64,000 nt of DNA, taken from positions 274,490-338,489 of the forward strand of contig OZ223301.1 in NCBI GenBank assembly GCA_965140705.1, written 5' to 3'. Under the pieces are notes generated by a model. The model worked only from the letters and a program-made list of their open reading frames with translations. It did no database searches and was not told the DNA's origin. Each line of letters starts with the position of its first letter. Position 1 is the stretch's first letter. This DNA is from an uncultured Arcobacter sp. Lineage in GTDB: Bacteria; Campylobacterota; Campylobacteria; Campylobacterales; Arcobacteraceae. Made by a program: the position numbers and the translations under genes. Positions 20,857 to 30,046 of this stretch are shown here, piece after piece.

Positions 20857-22365
20857 TTGCATACTCAATATATTAATGAACTATCTAATTTAACATCTTC
20901 TCATAAAATTATTCCTTTTTTGGGTGCAGGTTCTTCCATAAATCATCTTATTAGTTGGGATGAACTATCTAATAAATTGCGTGCTGAATTAGAAGAAGAA
21001 AGCTTAAATATATCTAATCTTGAAATTGCACAGAAGTATGTTGATATAAAAGGACATAAGTGTTTTGTAGAGTTTTTAGATAAATTTTTAAAAGTAGAAA
21101 AGTATGATGAGAATTTGGATATTTTACCTTTAATTATCGCATCCCTTGGTATAGGATTAATTTACACAACGAATCAAGATAATGTTTTTGAAAAATGTAT
21201 TGAGCAATATGGTAAAAAATATAAAGTAGTAAAAACTTTAGATGATTTATCTACATATTTACCTGGGGAAAATCTTTACATTAAATACCATGGAGATACC
21301 ACTTTACCTGATAGTTTAATATTTACAAAAGATTCATATGATATCCGTATGAATAATAAAAATCATTTTTTAAATATTAAAATGAGAGCTGATTTACTTA
21401 CAAAATCTTTTTTATTTATCGGTTATAGTTTTAGAGACCCTAATATTAAGTTATTATTTGAAGAAATAAATAGTGTATTTGATAATAATTTACCAAAATC
21501 ATATTTAATTGCGTATCATTACACCAAAGAACTAGAAGAGCTTAATAAATTGTTTGGAATCATAATTATTGATCCATTAAAGGAATTACCACACTGTAAT
21601 AATGAACAAGAAGCTTTTGAACAATATTTAAGTCTTTTAACTGAGGAGACATTAATTAAGAAATCAAATTCTGAACTTGATATTATATTTAAGCCTGATA
21701 TACCATCTACTAGAAAAGTTGTAAACAAATATGAACTTTTAAGTATTGAAAGATTATTAAAAAATGATGATACTATTTCAGCACTCAACCTTTTTAGAGT
21801 GGTTATGGATACTTCTTTAATTCCAAAATCATATCAAGAACGAACAAAAAATATATTCCTTGAAATTTGTAAAGGATTGATAAACCCTAATGATATTCAG
21901 AATTTAGTAGGAGCATTGTTTAATTTGACTTCATTAGAGTTTAAACACTCAATTGACGCATTAGCTGGAGTTTTAACACGTGCAATTTATATTGAACAAA
22001 CAAATGGAATAAATATTTTTAAACCTACAATAAGAACACTTAAAGAATCAATATATCCAATTGCTACAGCAAGAGCAATTGAATATATTAAAGAATGGGA
22101 TTTAAATGTCAATGACAATTTTCGTCATCAATCTCAGAATTGGCTGGAAAAATATAGTGATTTACCTGATGAAATTAAAGAGTATGTTTCTTCTTATATT
22201 TCTTGGGCTTGGAAGGAACATACAATTTATGAAAATCCTATTGAGCGTGCTCTAAGATTAAATAATAATTCATTTAAGAGTAAATCTTATGAACAAATAC
22301 ACCATGATTTAACTTCTTTATTTCCACAAAAAATTTTTAAGCCTTATGAAGAAGTAATAATATAA
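20857..22365 (+). CDS. SIR2-like (SIR2_2) domain protein, putative NADase/anti-phage effector, with unrecognised C-terminal domain
   Basis: IIPFLGAGSS, SWDEL, IYTTNQD, IKYHGD, LIFTKDSY, FLFIGYSFRDPNI. TTG start with AAGGA. Confidence 0.85.
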   Translation: MHTQYINELSNLTSSHKIIPFLGAGSSINHLISWDELSNKLRAELEEESLNISNLEIAQKYVDIKGHKCFVEFLDKFLKVEKYDENLDILPLIIASLGIGLIYTTNQDNVFEKCIEQYGKKYKVVKTLDDLSTYLPGENLYIKYHGDTTLPDSLIFTKDSYDIRMNNKNHFLNIKMRADLLTKSFLFIGYSFRDPNIKLLFEEINSVFDNNLPKSYLIAYHYTKELEELNKLFGIIIIDPLKELPHCNNEQEAFEQYLSLLTEETLIKKSNSELDIIFKPDIPSTRKVVNKYELLSIERLLKNDDTISALNLFRVVMDTSLIPKSYQERTKNIFLEICKGLINPNDIQNLVGALFNLTSLEFKHSIDALAGVLTRAIYIEQTNGINIFKPTIRTLKESIYPIATARAIEYIKEWDLNVNDNFRHQSQNWLEKYSDLPDEIKEYVSSYISWAWKEHTIYENPIERALRLNNNSFKSKSYEQIHHDLTSLFPQKIFKPYEEVII

Positions 22366-22414
22366 AAAGTTCTGATGATTATTTAAAATTTTCTAAATGC
22401 AAGTTTTAATAAGC

Positions 22415-22560
22415 GAGTTTTCTCAAAGAGAGTGCAAGCACAAGCCAAGTAGAAAAGATAAAAATAATAAGTGAGGGAACCTTTGGCTTCGAAGCCGTTG
22501 AGTTTTCTTTGCATACTTTCTTTACATTAAAGAAAGTATGGAGCGGAAAGATTTAGCTTT
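22415..22560. repeat. Palindromic intergenic element (REP/MITE-like or structured RNA; may also act as a terminator)
   Basis: GGCTTCGAAGCC palindrome (22485-96), a 13-bp inverted repeat CATACTTTCTTTA-cat-TAAAGAAAGTATG (22512-40), and GAGTTTTCT twice. Confidence 0.55.
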
Positions 22561-22619
22561 ACAAGAGGAAGCTTACTATATATATTAAGGTTATTTTATC
22601 TTCAGTTAAATGATAAGTA

Positions 22620-22949
22620 TCAAAGTTTTGCCAACATAACCAGAATAAATGGAACATGGTGTTTAGGAGCACCTACGATATCGAATACTTTACATGTTAC
22701 ACCTGCAAACTTTAGAATATCATCTTTTGTATATTCATGTTCGTAGGCATTATCAAATAACTCTAGAGTTTTTTGTGATACTAGCTCTAAGTCATCACAA
22801 TTAACAATATCTTCATCAAGTGATTTTACAAATTTACATGCATGTGGAAATGTTTCAAATAGCTCTTTTAACTCTTGTTCTTCAATACCTTCCAAAAGTT
22901 GTGGGTACTTATGAAAAAAATCGCTTATTTCTTGAAATTTACAAACCAT
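22620..22949 (-). CDS. Hypothetical acidic protein (109 aa)
   Basis: ATG with AAGGT RBS and coding-like composition. No family recognised. Confidence 0.7.
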   Translation of the reverse strand: MVCKFQEISDFFHKYPQLLEGIEEQELKELFETFPHACKFVKSLDEDIVNCDDLELVSQKTLELFDNAYEHEYTKDDILKFAGVTCKVFDIVGAPKHHVPFILVMLAKL

Positions 22950-23006
22950 ATTATTACCTTATGTTTATTTTTTTATATACATAAAGTGTGCCGTTTTTTT
23001 TTCAAT

Positions 23007-23040
23007 TAGAAAAAATAAAAATAATAAGTGAGAGAAGCTT
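23007..23040 (+). repeat. Partial second copy of the element at 22450-22483
   Basis: 31 of 34 nt identical direct repeat. Confidence 0.7.
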
Positions 23041-23112
23041 CCTTTTTAGTAGTTTTGTGATTCCCCTCACAGAATAAACTTATCATTTTTTCTATACTTC
23101 TTCTCATGTACA

Positions 23113-23403
23113 TTAAAATCAGTTGATAAAAAATAAAAGAAATACAATGAGTAGGATGAAGTTTTTTATAAGAAGTATGAAGCTGCTTGTGAGGAAAAGG
23201 GTGTTGTTTCTTTTCGAATCCATGTAGGATTTAAAGATGGAAAGGTATATTGTTTTAATATGTTACCAAATGTCAAAGCGGTAGAAAATGTTCATACAAA
23301 AGTAGATTTGCATTTTGATAACATTACAGAAGATTTAAAAACTCACATAAATACTAAGACATTATATAACTCCTCTAGCAAGTTTTACATAACCTATTGT
23401 TAA
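23113..23403 (+). pseudogene. Degraded gene fragment, unknown family
   Basis: Frame reads LKSVDKK*KKYNE*DEVFYKKYEAACEEKGVVSFRIHVGFKDGKVYCFNML..., with two in-frame stops and then 82 open codons. Confidence 0.45.
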
Positions 23404-23535
23404 GATTTTTGCTAACTGTTTCTCTTGTTACTCCTAAGAAAATTTATGAAAATGTACCAATTTTAATGCCATCCGTAATTTTGAGATTAATAGGGTAGCA
23501 AACAGTGATATACTTGAAATTATTAAGTACTTCAT
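23362..23535 (-). pseudogene. Chimeric relic: signal-peptide-like start followed by a Crp/Fnr HTH C-terminal fragment
   Basis: GGAG RBS and MKYLIISSISLFATLL..., then in other frames FLGVTRETVSKNL and GYVKLARGVI*. Confidence 0.55.
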
Positions 23536-23823
23536 ATTTTTCTCCAAATTTTAAATATATATGAGTATAGGTGGACAGTTTTTAAGAAAAATCTCCTTCT
23601 CTTTTCATAAAGCATTATCTTTTAAGTTTTTCATATGATTATTTTTTTGTAAATTTTTAGATTTATCAAGTGACTCTTCATGGTCTATTACATATTTTAT
23701 TTCAAAAATATGCAAAATATACTTAATAATACAAATAAATAGTTTTACTCATTATTTTTATTATTAAATAATAATAATTAAGTTGTATTTTGATAGTATT
23801 TTAATTTTATTTAAGGAGTAAAA

Positions 23824-24414
23824 ATGATCAAAGTCTTAAAGTTGACTTCTATTACAATTTTTCTTGTGTTTATTTTAACTGGGTGTACTCATAAAATTGA
23901 TATGGTACCTAATGTTGAAAAAGTTACTGATAATGTATTTAATATCGAAAAACGTAACTACAATGTTGCTTATATACTTAAAAGTTACGAGCAAGATAAA
24001 TATGTTGTAACACCAGGTGGTGGTGGTGATAAGATTGGTTATACACCATATGATGACACTGAATTAGCCTTTAGAACTATACTTTCAAAAGTATTTAATA
24101 AAGTTTATAAGCTTGAGTTTAATGATTCTAAATTTGTTAAGGAGAAAGATATCAGACTTATATTTACATATAATTTGAAAACTAACTCATCATCAGAGAG
24201 TATGTTTACGTGGCCACCTACTAAATTTACAATTTCGTTAAATTGTAAAGCAGTATCAAAAGATGGATCAAAAGTATGGGAAGATACCATTTATGATGAA
24301 GGAAGTGCAACTTTTAGTGAATTTAAAAGTAATTTTTCTTTAGCGGCACAAAGAGCTTCTGAAAAGGTTTTTACTCAATTGTTACAAAAAATCAATAATA
24401 ATAAAAAATTTTAA
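23824..24414 (+). CDS. Lipoprotein of unknown function
   Basis: Lipobox ILTG-C after a basic/hydrophobic signal. AAGGAG RBS. Confidence 0.85.
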   Translation: MIKVLKLTSITIFLVFILTGCTHKIDMVPNVEKVTDNVFNIEKRNYNVAYILKSYEQDKYVVTPGGGGDKIGYTPYDDTELAFRTILSKVFNKVYKLEFNDSKFVKEKDIRLIFTYNLKTNSSSESMFTWPPTKFTISLNCKAVSKDGSKVWEDTIYDEGSATFSEFKSNFSLAAQRASEKVFTQLLQKINNNKKF

Positions 24415-24425
24415 AAGGGTATTAA

Positions 24426-25004
24426 ATGTTAAAAATCAAAAATTTATTTTTTCTAATTAGTATATTATTTTTTATTACTGGATGTTCATTTAAAGGTTAT
24501 GAGTATAAAGGTAATTTAAATATTGTTAATGATTTAAATGATAAAAATTTAAATCAGGTAGATGTAGTTAAAGTTTCAAATAATGGCATTAAAAATGATA
24601 CTAGTTTGCCTTTAAGAGCAGTAAGTATGACTTCTCCATATGGAGATTCATTTTCTGATTATATTTCTTCTTCATTAAAAAGTCAGTTGAGCCTAAATAA
24701 TTTATATAATTCAAAATCAAATATAAAAATTTATACTAAATTACTTAAAAATGAAGTTGATATTTGGGGTTTTTCGACTGCATCATATGACTTATCTGCT
24801 CAATTTATAATTAGAAAAGATGATACTCTTCTTTATGATAAAGTTATTCAAGTAAAACACCAATTCCCTTCACATTTTGTAGGTCAAATAGCTATTGAAA
24901 ATGGGATGAGAAATTATCCCATCGTTGTAAAAAAATTAATTACAAAATTTTTAAGCGATGAAAATGCACTTGAAGTATTGAAAAAGGAAGCACTTAATAA
25001 GTAA
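24426..25004 (+). CDS. Lipoprotein of unknown function
   Basis: Lipobox FITG-C. Starts 11 nt after the previous lipoprotein gene. Confidence 0.85.
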   Translation: MLKIKNLFFLISILFFITGCSFKGYEYKGNLNIVNDLNDKNLNQVDVVKVSNNGIKNDTSLPLRAVSMTSPYGDSFSDYISSSLKSQLSLNNLYNSKSNIKIYTKLLKNEVDIWGFSTASYDLSAQFIIRKDDTLLYDKVIQVKHQFPSHFVGQIAIENGMRNYPIVVKKLITKFLSDENALEVLKKEALNK

Positions 25005-25090
25005 AATAAAAAATTGTTCATTAGATAATATTACTCTTTAGAGGAAATTGTAAGAAAGAAAAAGAGGTAATAAAAGAGCAAAATAGTTAA

Positions 25091-25120
25091 TTTATAAAGA
25101 GTTGAAAGACTCTTTATAAA
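25091..25120. terminator. Bidirectional terminator between convergent genes
   Basis: TTTATAAAGAGT-tgaaag-ACTCTTTATAAA 12-bp stem. Confidence 0.7.
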
Positions 25121-25124
25121 ATTT

Positions 25125-25604
25125 TTAGATAATCACATACTTACAATTGTAACTATCATCTTTCAATATATTAAGTGCTGATTTATCTAATACATCATTA
25201 AAAAGCACTACATATCTAAAGTACACATTATTTTCTTCTATATTATTTGTTTTTACATAGTTGATTGCATTTTTATAAAAGTTTTTTATATCTTCGGCTT
25301 TGATTGATTTTGATTTTGAGTTGTTATTGCATTTTAATAGGTATGTTTGTTCATCTTTAGTGCAAATTATATCTATAGCTTCTTCTTTGCTCTCTTGCGT
25401 CTTAAAGCCTAGTTTCTTATATTTCTCTATTGTACGTAATTCTAGGCTTTGACCTTTTTTTTCATACTCTTCATTTATATTTATTCTGCGTTTATTGTCT
25501 TTATTATGCATGAACTTTTTCACTAGGATAATGAAAATTACTAGTGGTACTAAATGCCATACTTTTGACAAAGAACCAATTATTATATCACTTATATCAG
25601 CCAT
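25125..25604 (-). CDS. Membrane-anchored Mrr-like restriction-endonuclease-fold protein with degenerate catalytic motif
   Basis: N-terminal TM helix, then G..LE...Y..LGF...IDIICTKD...LLKCNN...I...DIKNF, the Mrr_cat pattern. Confidence 0.6.
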   Translation of the reverse strand: MADISDIIIGSLSKVWHLVPLVIFIILVKKFMHNKDNKRRININEEYEKKGQSLELRTIEKYKKLGFKTQESKEEAIDIICTKDEQTYLLKCNNNSKSKSIKAEDIKNFYKNAINYVKTNNIEENNVYFRYVVLFNDVLDKSALNILKDDSYNCKYVII

Positions 25605-25714
25605 TTTTACTTTTCAATTTTATTCCTTCTTATTCAAGTTTTGCAACAGTATATCTAATTATTATAAATAGTATTGAGTAAAGAAATAAAGAGAAGATAT
25701 ATTTAAAATAAGTT

Positions 25715-26581
25715 TTATTTTCTCTTTTTAATTATACTTGGCAGTGCATTTATAAATATGGCAAATATTACTAAGGTACCACCTATAATTGTCATTTTTG
25801 GTGGAATTTCGCTAAGAAAAAGCCATAACCAGATTGGTGCCATTGTTGTTTCTATGGTAGTGAAAATACTTACTTCTGCAGATGTTATATATTTTGTTGA
25901 GATAAAAATAAAATACATGGCTAATGGAATCTGAATAAAACCCATAATGCTTAACCAAAATAGTGATTCTAAAGAGATACCTAATAGCTTATCACTAAAA
26001 GCAAACATAACAGCAGCAACAAGAAAACCGCTAAGAGAGATGACGAGCATTGTAGGAAAGTGTCCATACTTTCTCAACAAAGTAAGCTCCATACCCATAG
26101 TTATGGCTAACGCTACACCAAGTAAGTCTCCTATATAGTTTCCTGTAAATGTAAAAGAGTTTCCAAAGACAATAAATACACCTACAAAAGAGACTACTAT
26201 TGCAATAACTGTTTGCTTTTTGATTTTCTCTTTTAGTAATAGATAACTAAATATAGCTGCAAAGAAAGAAGAGCTTGCTAAAAGTACGACGGTATTTGCA
26301 GCAGCTGTATATTTTACAGAAAAGACAAAAAGAGAAGTTCCCAAAGCAGAGAGTATGACCAATAAAGAAAAATTCATAAACTCTTTTTTATTGGCAGGTA
26401 GCCAAGATTTACTGCTACTTCGTCTCCAAAGAATAAGCATACTTATTCCCATAAAAAGGCCTCTATAAAAGGAAATAACAGATGCATCTACATTAGCAAG
26501 TCTCACTAAAAGGGCATCAAAACTTACGATAAATACCCCTAGTGCAGCAAGAAACATCCCTTGGACTTTTATATCTTTCAA
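25715..26581 (-). CDS. DMT/EamA family transporter
   Basis: About 10 TM helices in two EamA repeats (LLLKEKI; WLFLSEIP...IIGG). Confidence 0.9.
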   Translation of the reverse strand: MKDIKVQGMFLAALGVFIVSFDALLVRLANVDASVISFYRGLFMGISMLILWRRSSSKSWLPANKKEFMNFSLLVILSALGTSLFVFSVKYTAAANTVVLLASSSFFAAIFSYLLLKEKIKKQTVIAIVVSFVGVFIVFGNSFTFTGNYIGDLLGVALAITMGMELTLLRKYGHFPTMLVISLSGFLVAAVMFAFSDKLLGISLESLFWLSIMGFIQIPLAMYFIFISTKYITSAEVSIFTTIETTMAPIWLWLFLSEIPPKMTIIGGTLVIFAIFINALPSIIKKRK

Positions 26582-26691
26582 AAAGTAAATCTCCTCAAAT
26601 TATATGTAATTTATTAGTATTATAAACTTTTCTATTTTTATAAAATCTTTGTCTGCATTGTACACTTATCAAGCATAAAGTTAATATTTAT

Positions 26692-28395
26692 TTATGATGA
26701 ACAACTAACATGAGATATTCCAGCTATTCCAAAGAAGTCTAGAGGTTTTTTTGTATAATATTTTTCTTCTATTTCTTTTATTTGTTCATCGTATGGATTT
26801 GTCATTATCTTTTGTAATTCTTGGATTAGGTCATAATTTCCTTTTTCTGCCTCTTGATATGCGTCTACTAGATACCACTCTCTTAAAGTATATTTTGGAT
26901 TAGTTAGTTTCATTTGATTTGAAACTTTTTCTTTAGATTCTTTTGAACTTATATCTAGATGTGATTTCCATTTTTCTAGCCAAGTATTCCATTTTGAGTT
27001 AATATTTTCATTTTCAAAATCAGCACTATAAAAACTTTTTCTAAGTGCTTTGACATTCTCAGGTATATTTGAAAGTTCCCTAAAAAATATAGTATAGTCA
27101 ACTTTTGTTTCTAACATAAGATCAATAAGTTCGGAAAACAACTTTAAGTCAAATTTACTTATTCCTAGCTTTTTAGCCCACATGTTATCAATTTCTTCTT
27201 GCATAGCTAAAGGAAAACTGTTTTCAATCTTTTCAAGCTCTTGCAGAGTATCAGGGTGTGAATTAAGTAATGGTTTTAAAGCACTACAAAATGATTGAAA
27301 ATTTTTATAGGCAGCTTGGGGTTGATTGAAAAATGAAAAATGCAATCCTCCACCTGTCCAAGATTGATATTTTGGATCAAACATATCAATAAAGCCAAAT
27401 GGTCCGTAATCTAGTGTAAAGCCTCCTGCTGCACAGTTATCACTGTTGAAGTTACCTTGACAATATCCCACTCGTATCCAGTTAGCCACTAATGAAGTAA
27501 GTCGATTTTTAAACTCAGATGCTAATAAAATGATTTTTTCTTCTAAATTCAAATTTTCGTTGATTACCTCACTATACTCTCTATCAATCAAATGTAAAAC
27601 AAGCATTTCTAACTCTTCTAATGCTTTTGGGTGCTCATTTTTTCTAGCTCGTCTTCCAAAAAGTTCAAGTTGCCCCACACGGATAAATGAAGGTGCTACT
27701 CTAGTTGTTATTGCAACATCTTCTTCAATCATAACTTCAGGGTCTTTTGAGTAAGAGTTTCCCCTAAACCAAGGTCTTGATACTTGTTCTTTTTTAGAGG
27801 TAAATAGAGTCAAAGACCTTGATGTGGGAATACCCAAAGAGTGCATATGTTCTTGAGCTAAAAATTCACGAACACTTGATCTTAAAACTGCCCGTCCATC
27901 GGCACCTCTACAATAAGGTGTTCTTCCACCACCTTTTAATTGAAATTCCCATCTTTTGCCATTTATAACAGCTTCAAGAACTGAAATAGCTCTACCATCA
28001 CCATATCCATTTCCCGTTTGAAAAGGACATTGTGCATAATACTCAGTGCCATAAATAGATAGGGCATATCCAGTCGCCCATCCTAGATTTTTGATAGGTT
28101 TAGGAACATTAGAGATATTTCCAGAAAACATTTTGATAAAATCTTCTGATTTTATTAGATTTTGAGTAAAGCCTAATTCTTCACAAAAATTAGCACTGTG
28201 AGAGATATATATAGGTTCTTTTAAAGCAGTAGGCTCTACAGGTACATAGTGCCCGCTAAAAACCTCTCTTGGTGTTTTATTATCTGCATTGGATTTTGCA
28301 TCAGGATCACAATTAAGATTCTCTACAAAAGAGTAATCACTTACTTTGGCAAGTTCATCAAATGTATCTATTTTTTTTATAAAATTTTCTTTCAT
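26692..28395 (-). CDS. selO: Protein adenylyltransferase SelO (YdiU)
   Basis: [53 protein letters not shown]-terminal SCSS. Confidence 0.95.
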   Translation of the reverse strand: MKENFIKKIDTFDELAKVSDYSFVENLNCDPDAKSNADNKTPREVFSGHYVPVEPTALKEPIYISHSANFCEELGFTQNLIKSEDFIKMFSGNISNVPKPIKNLGWATGYALSIYGTEYYAQCPFQTGNGYGDGRAISVLEAVINGKRWEFQLKGGGRTPYCRGADGRAVLRSSVREFLAQEHMHSLGIPTSRSLTLFTSKKEQVSRPWFRGNSYSKDPEVMIEEDVAITTRVAPSFIRVGQLELFGRRARKNEHPKALEELEMLVLHLIDREYSEVINENLNLEEKIILLASEFKNRLTSLVANWIRVGYCQGNFNSDNCAAGGFTLDYGPFGFIDMFDPKYQSWTGGGLHFSFFNQPQAAYKNFQSFCSALKPLLNSHPDTLQELEKIENSFPLAMQEEIDNMWAKKLGISKFDLKLFSELIDLMLETKVDYTIFFRELSNIPENVKALRKSFYSADFENENINSKWNTWLEKWKSHLDISSKESKEKVSNQMKLTNPKYTLREWYLVDAYQEAEKGNYDLIQELQKIMTNPYDEQIKEIEEKYYTKKPLDFFGIAGISHVSCSS

Positions 28396-28613
28396 ATTTA
28401 TATTTGTCCATTAATTTTTATTTATTAATACTTTTAACATAACTACTTGAAATACATAACAATAATAAGATTTAGAAATTTTTATTAAGTCAAAAGTAAA
28501 TTTTAGCTTTGACAAGTGATAGAAAGCATCTATAAGCATGATTTTTATTCTATTTTATAAAAAATATATGTTAAAATGGATATTTAAAACAATATATTTT
28601 TGAAGGTGATTTT

Positions 28614-29012
28614 GTGTCTATTTTTGCGTTACAATCTTTAGCTGGTGGATTTCTAGATGAAGATTTAGAACATTTTAATAAAAAATTTGATGATTGGTGT
28701 ATTCATTTTGAGAGTTATGAAGATGCTATGATTATATTAAAAACTCTTGAAAATACAGAAGCTATTGATATTGTTGAAATAACACCATTAAGTTATCCAC
28801 AATATTATTTTACTAACCTTCAAGGTACTATTTATGCCACACGACAGGTTGAAGACAAAATCATTTGTGTCGTAGAGCCATTTATAGGCTCAAGTTTTAA
28901 AATTGCTGTATGTGATCTCAAAACTAAAAAAGTAAGACTATCGAAGACTTCTTATAAAAATATTCCAAATGTTGAAAGTGCTTTTGCAAATTTTGGTGAT
29001 AATTTAAATTAG
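28614..29012 (+). CDS. Hypothetical protein
   Basis: GTG start with GAAGGTG RBS, 132 aa, no family recognised. Confidence 0.7.
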   Translation: MSIFALQSLAGGFLDEDLEHFNKKFDDWCIHFESYEDAMIILKTLENTEAIDIVEITPLSYPQYYFTNLQGTIYATRQVEDKIICVVEPFIGSSFKIAVCDLKTKKVRLSKTSYKNIPNVESAFANFGDNLN

Positions 29013-29110
29013 TATTACTAAAAGTTTGATTTTATTTCTTTAGAGTACTTACTTTACTGTAAGTTGCAATTAATTATTATGACGAAGTTATTATTTTATA
29101 GGAAGAGTAT

Positions 29111-29569
29111 ATGCAAAATAAGTTAAAAGATTTTATAAAAGAGAATTCAACTTTAATATATAAGTTTATTAATAGTGAAGTATTAAAAGGGGTAGGGCGA
29201 ATTCATCCAGATTATTTTGAAAAGATTGTAAATGATATGTTTGTTAAACAATCTAAGTTAAATATAAGTGAAAAGAACCTAAATCCAAATATTTTTCCAT
29301 ATTTTATCTTTACCCAAGTAGAAGGGAAAGGAAAGCTTGATTATACTTCTTTACGAGTTGAGACAATAAAGTTTGATGAAATAGACAAAGAGTCTTCTGT
29401 TTATTATAATTATGCACGATTTTCTCTAAAAGATGACTCTTTATATATAGATTTGATGCAAAGTAAAATAGGCGGTATGCCAATTGATGAAGACATTGTT
29501 AAATTTACAAAAAGAATACCTATAAAAAGTTTTGCCTTAGAAGAGTTTATTAGTAAAAATAAAGATTAA
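29111..29569 (+). CDS. Hypothetical protein
   Basis: ATG with AGGA RBS, 152 aa, no family recognised. Confidence 0.7.
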   Translation: MQNKLKDFIKENSTLIYKFINSEVLKGVGRIHPDYFEKIVNDMFVKQSKLNISEKNLNPNIFPYFIFTQVEGKGKLDYTSLRVETIKFDEIDKESSVYYNYARFSLKDDSLYIDLMQSKIGGMPIDEDIVKFTKRIPIKSFALEEFISKNKD

Positions 29570-29895
29570 TCTATAGTCTCTATATTCACAAGTTCTATAT
29601 CTGCACAATCTTTTTTTGTAAGTTTTCTTGTTTTTGCATCTTCTTCTGCAAGTGATATTAAATCTGCAAAATCATTTTTATTTACTTCAAACTGATATAA
29701 CTCTTTTTGAGTTTCTATTTTAATCTTTGCATTACTCTCTTTTGTAACAATATCAATATTTCTAATTCCTTTTGCAAATTCACTTTTTATAACTTTTGAT
29801 ACCTTGTCATTTGAGAATAACTTTTCAAGAGTAAGTTCTAGGTTGAAGTCATTTTTGCACAATATTTTGTAAGTTACTATCATTTTGCCATCCAT
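29566..29895 (-). CDS. Hypothetical protein
   Basis: ATG with AAGGA RBS, 109 aa. Confidence 0.7.
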   Translation of the reverse strand: MDGKMIVTYKILCKNDFNLELTLEKLFSNDKVSKVIKSEFAKGIRNIDIVTKESNAKIKIETQKELYQFEVNKNDFADLISLAEEDAKTRKLTKKDCADIELVNIETID

Positions 29896-30015
29896 TCTTT
29901 ATCCTTTTTTATAATTGATACGATGATATTATATCAGTAAAAAATAGTGGTATTCAAAAATATTACAACTTGCAAGATTTTATGTATAGAGTAATTGATT
30001 ATGAGAAATTAAATA

Positions 30016-30039
30016 AAAACCAGTAGTTTACTGGCTTTT
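30016..30039 (-). terminator. Terminator after glnS
   Basis: AAAAACCAGTA-gtt-TACTGGCTTTT hairpin just past the stop. Confidence 0.65.
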
Positions 30040-30046
30040 ATTTGGT

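Noticed and set aside
22976..22995. Possible sigma54 promoter (CGGCAC-N5-ATGT on the minus strand) for the 109-aa gene
   Set aside because: The -12 element reads GT rather than GC; too weak to call.
26692..26710. Selenocysteine at the SelO C-terminus
   Set aside because: The end is Cys-Ser-Ser followed by TAA; there is no in-frame TGA.
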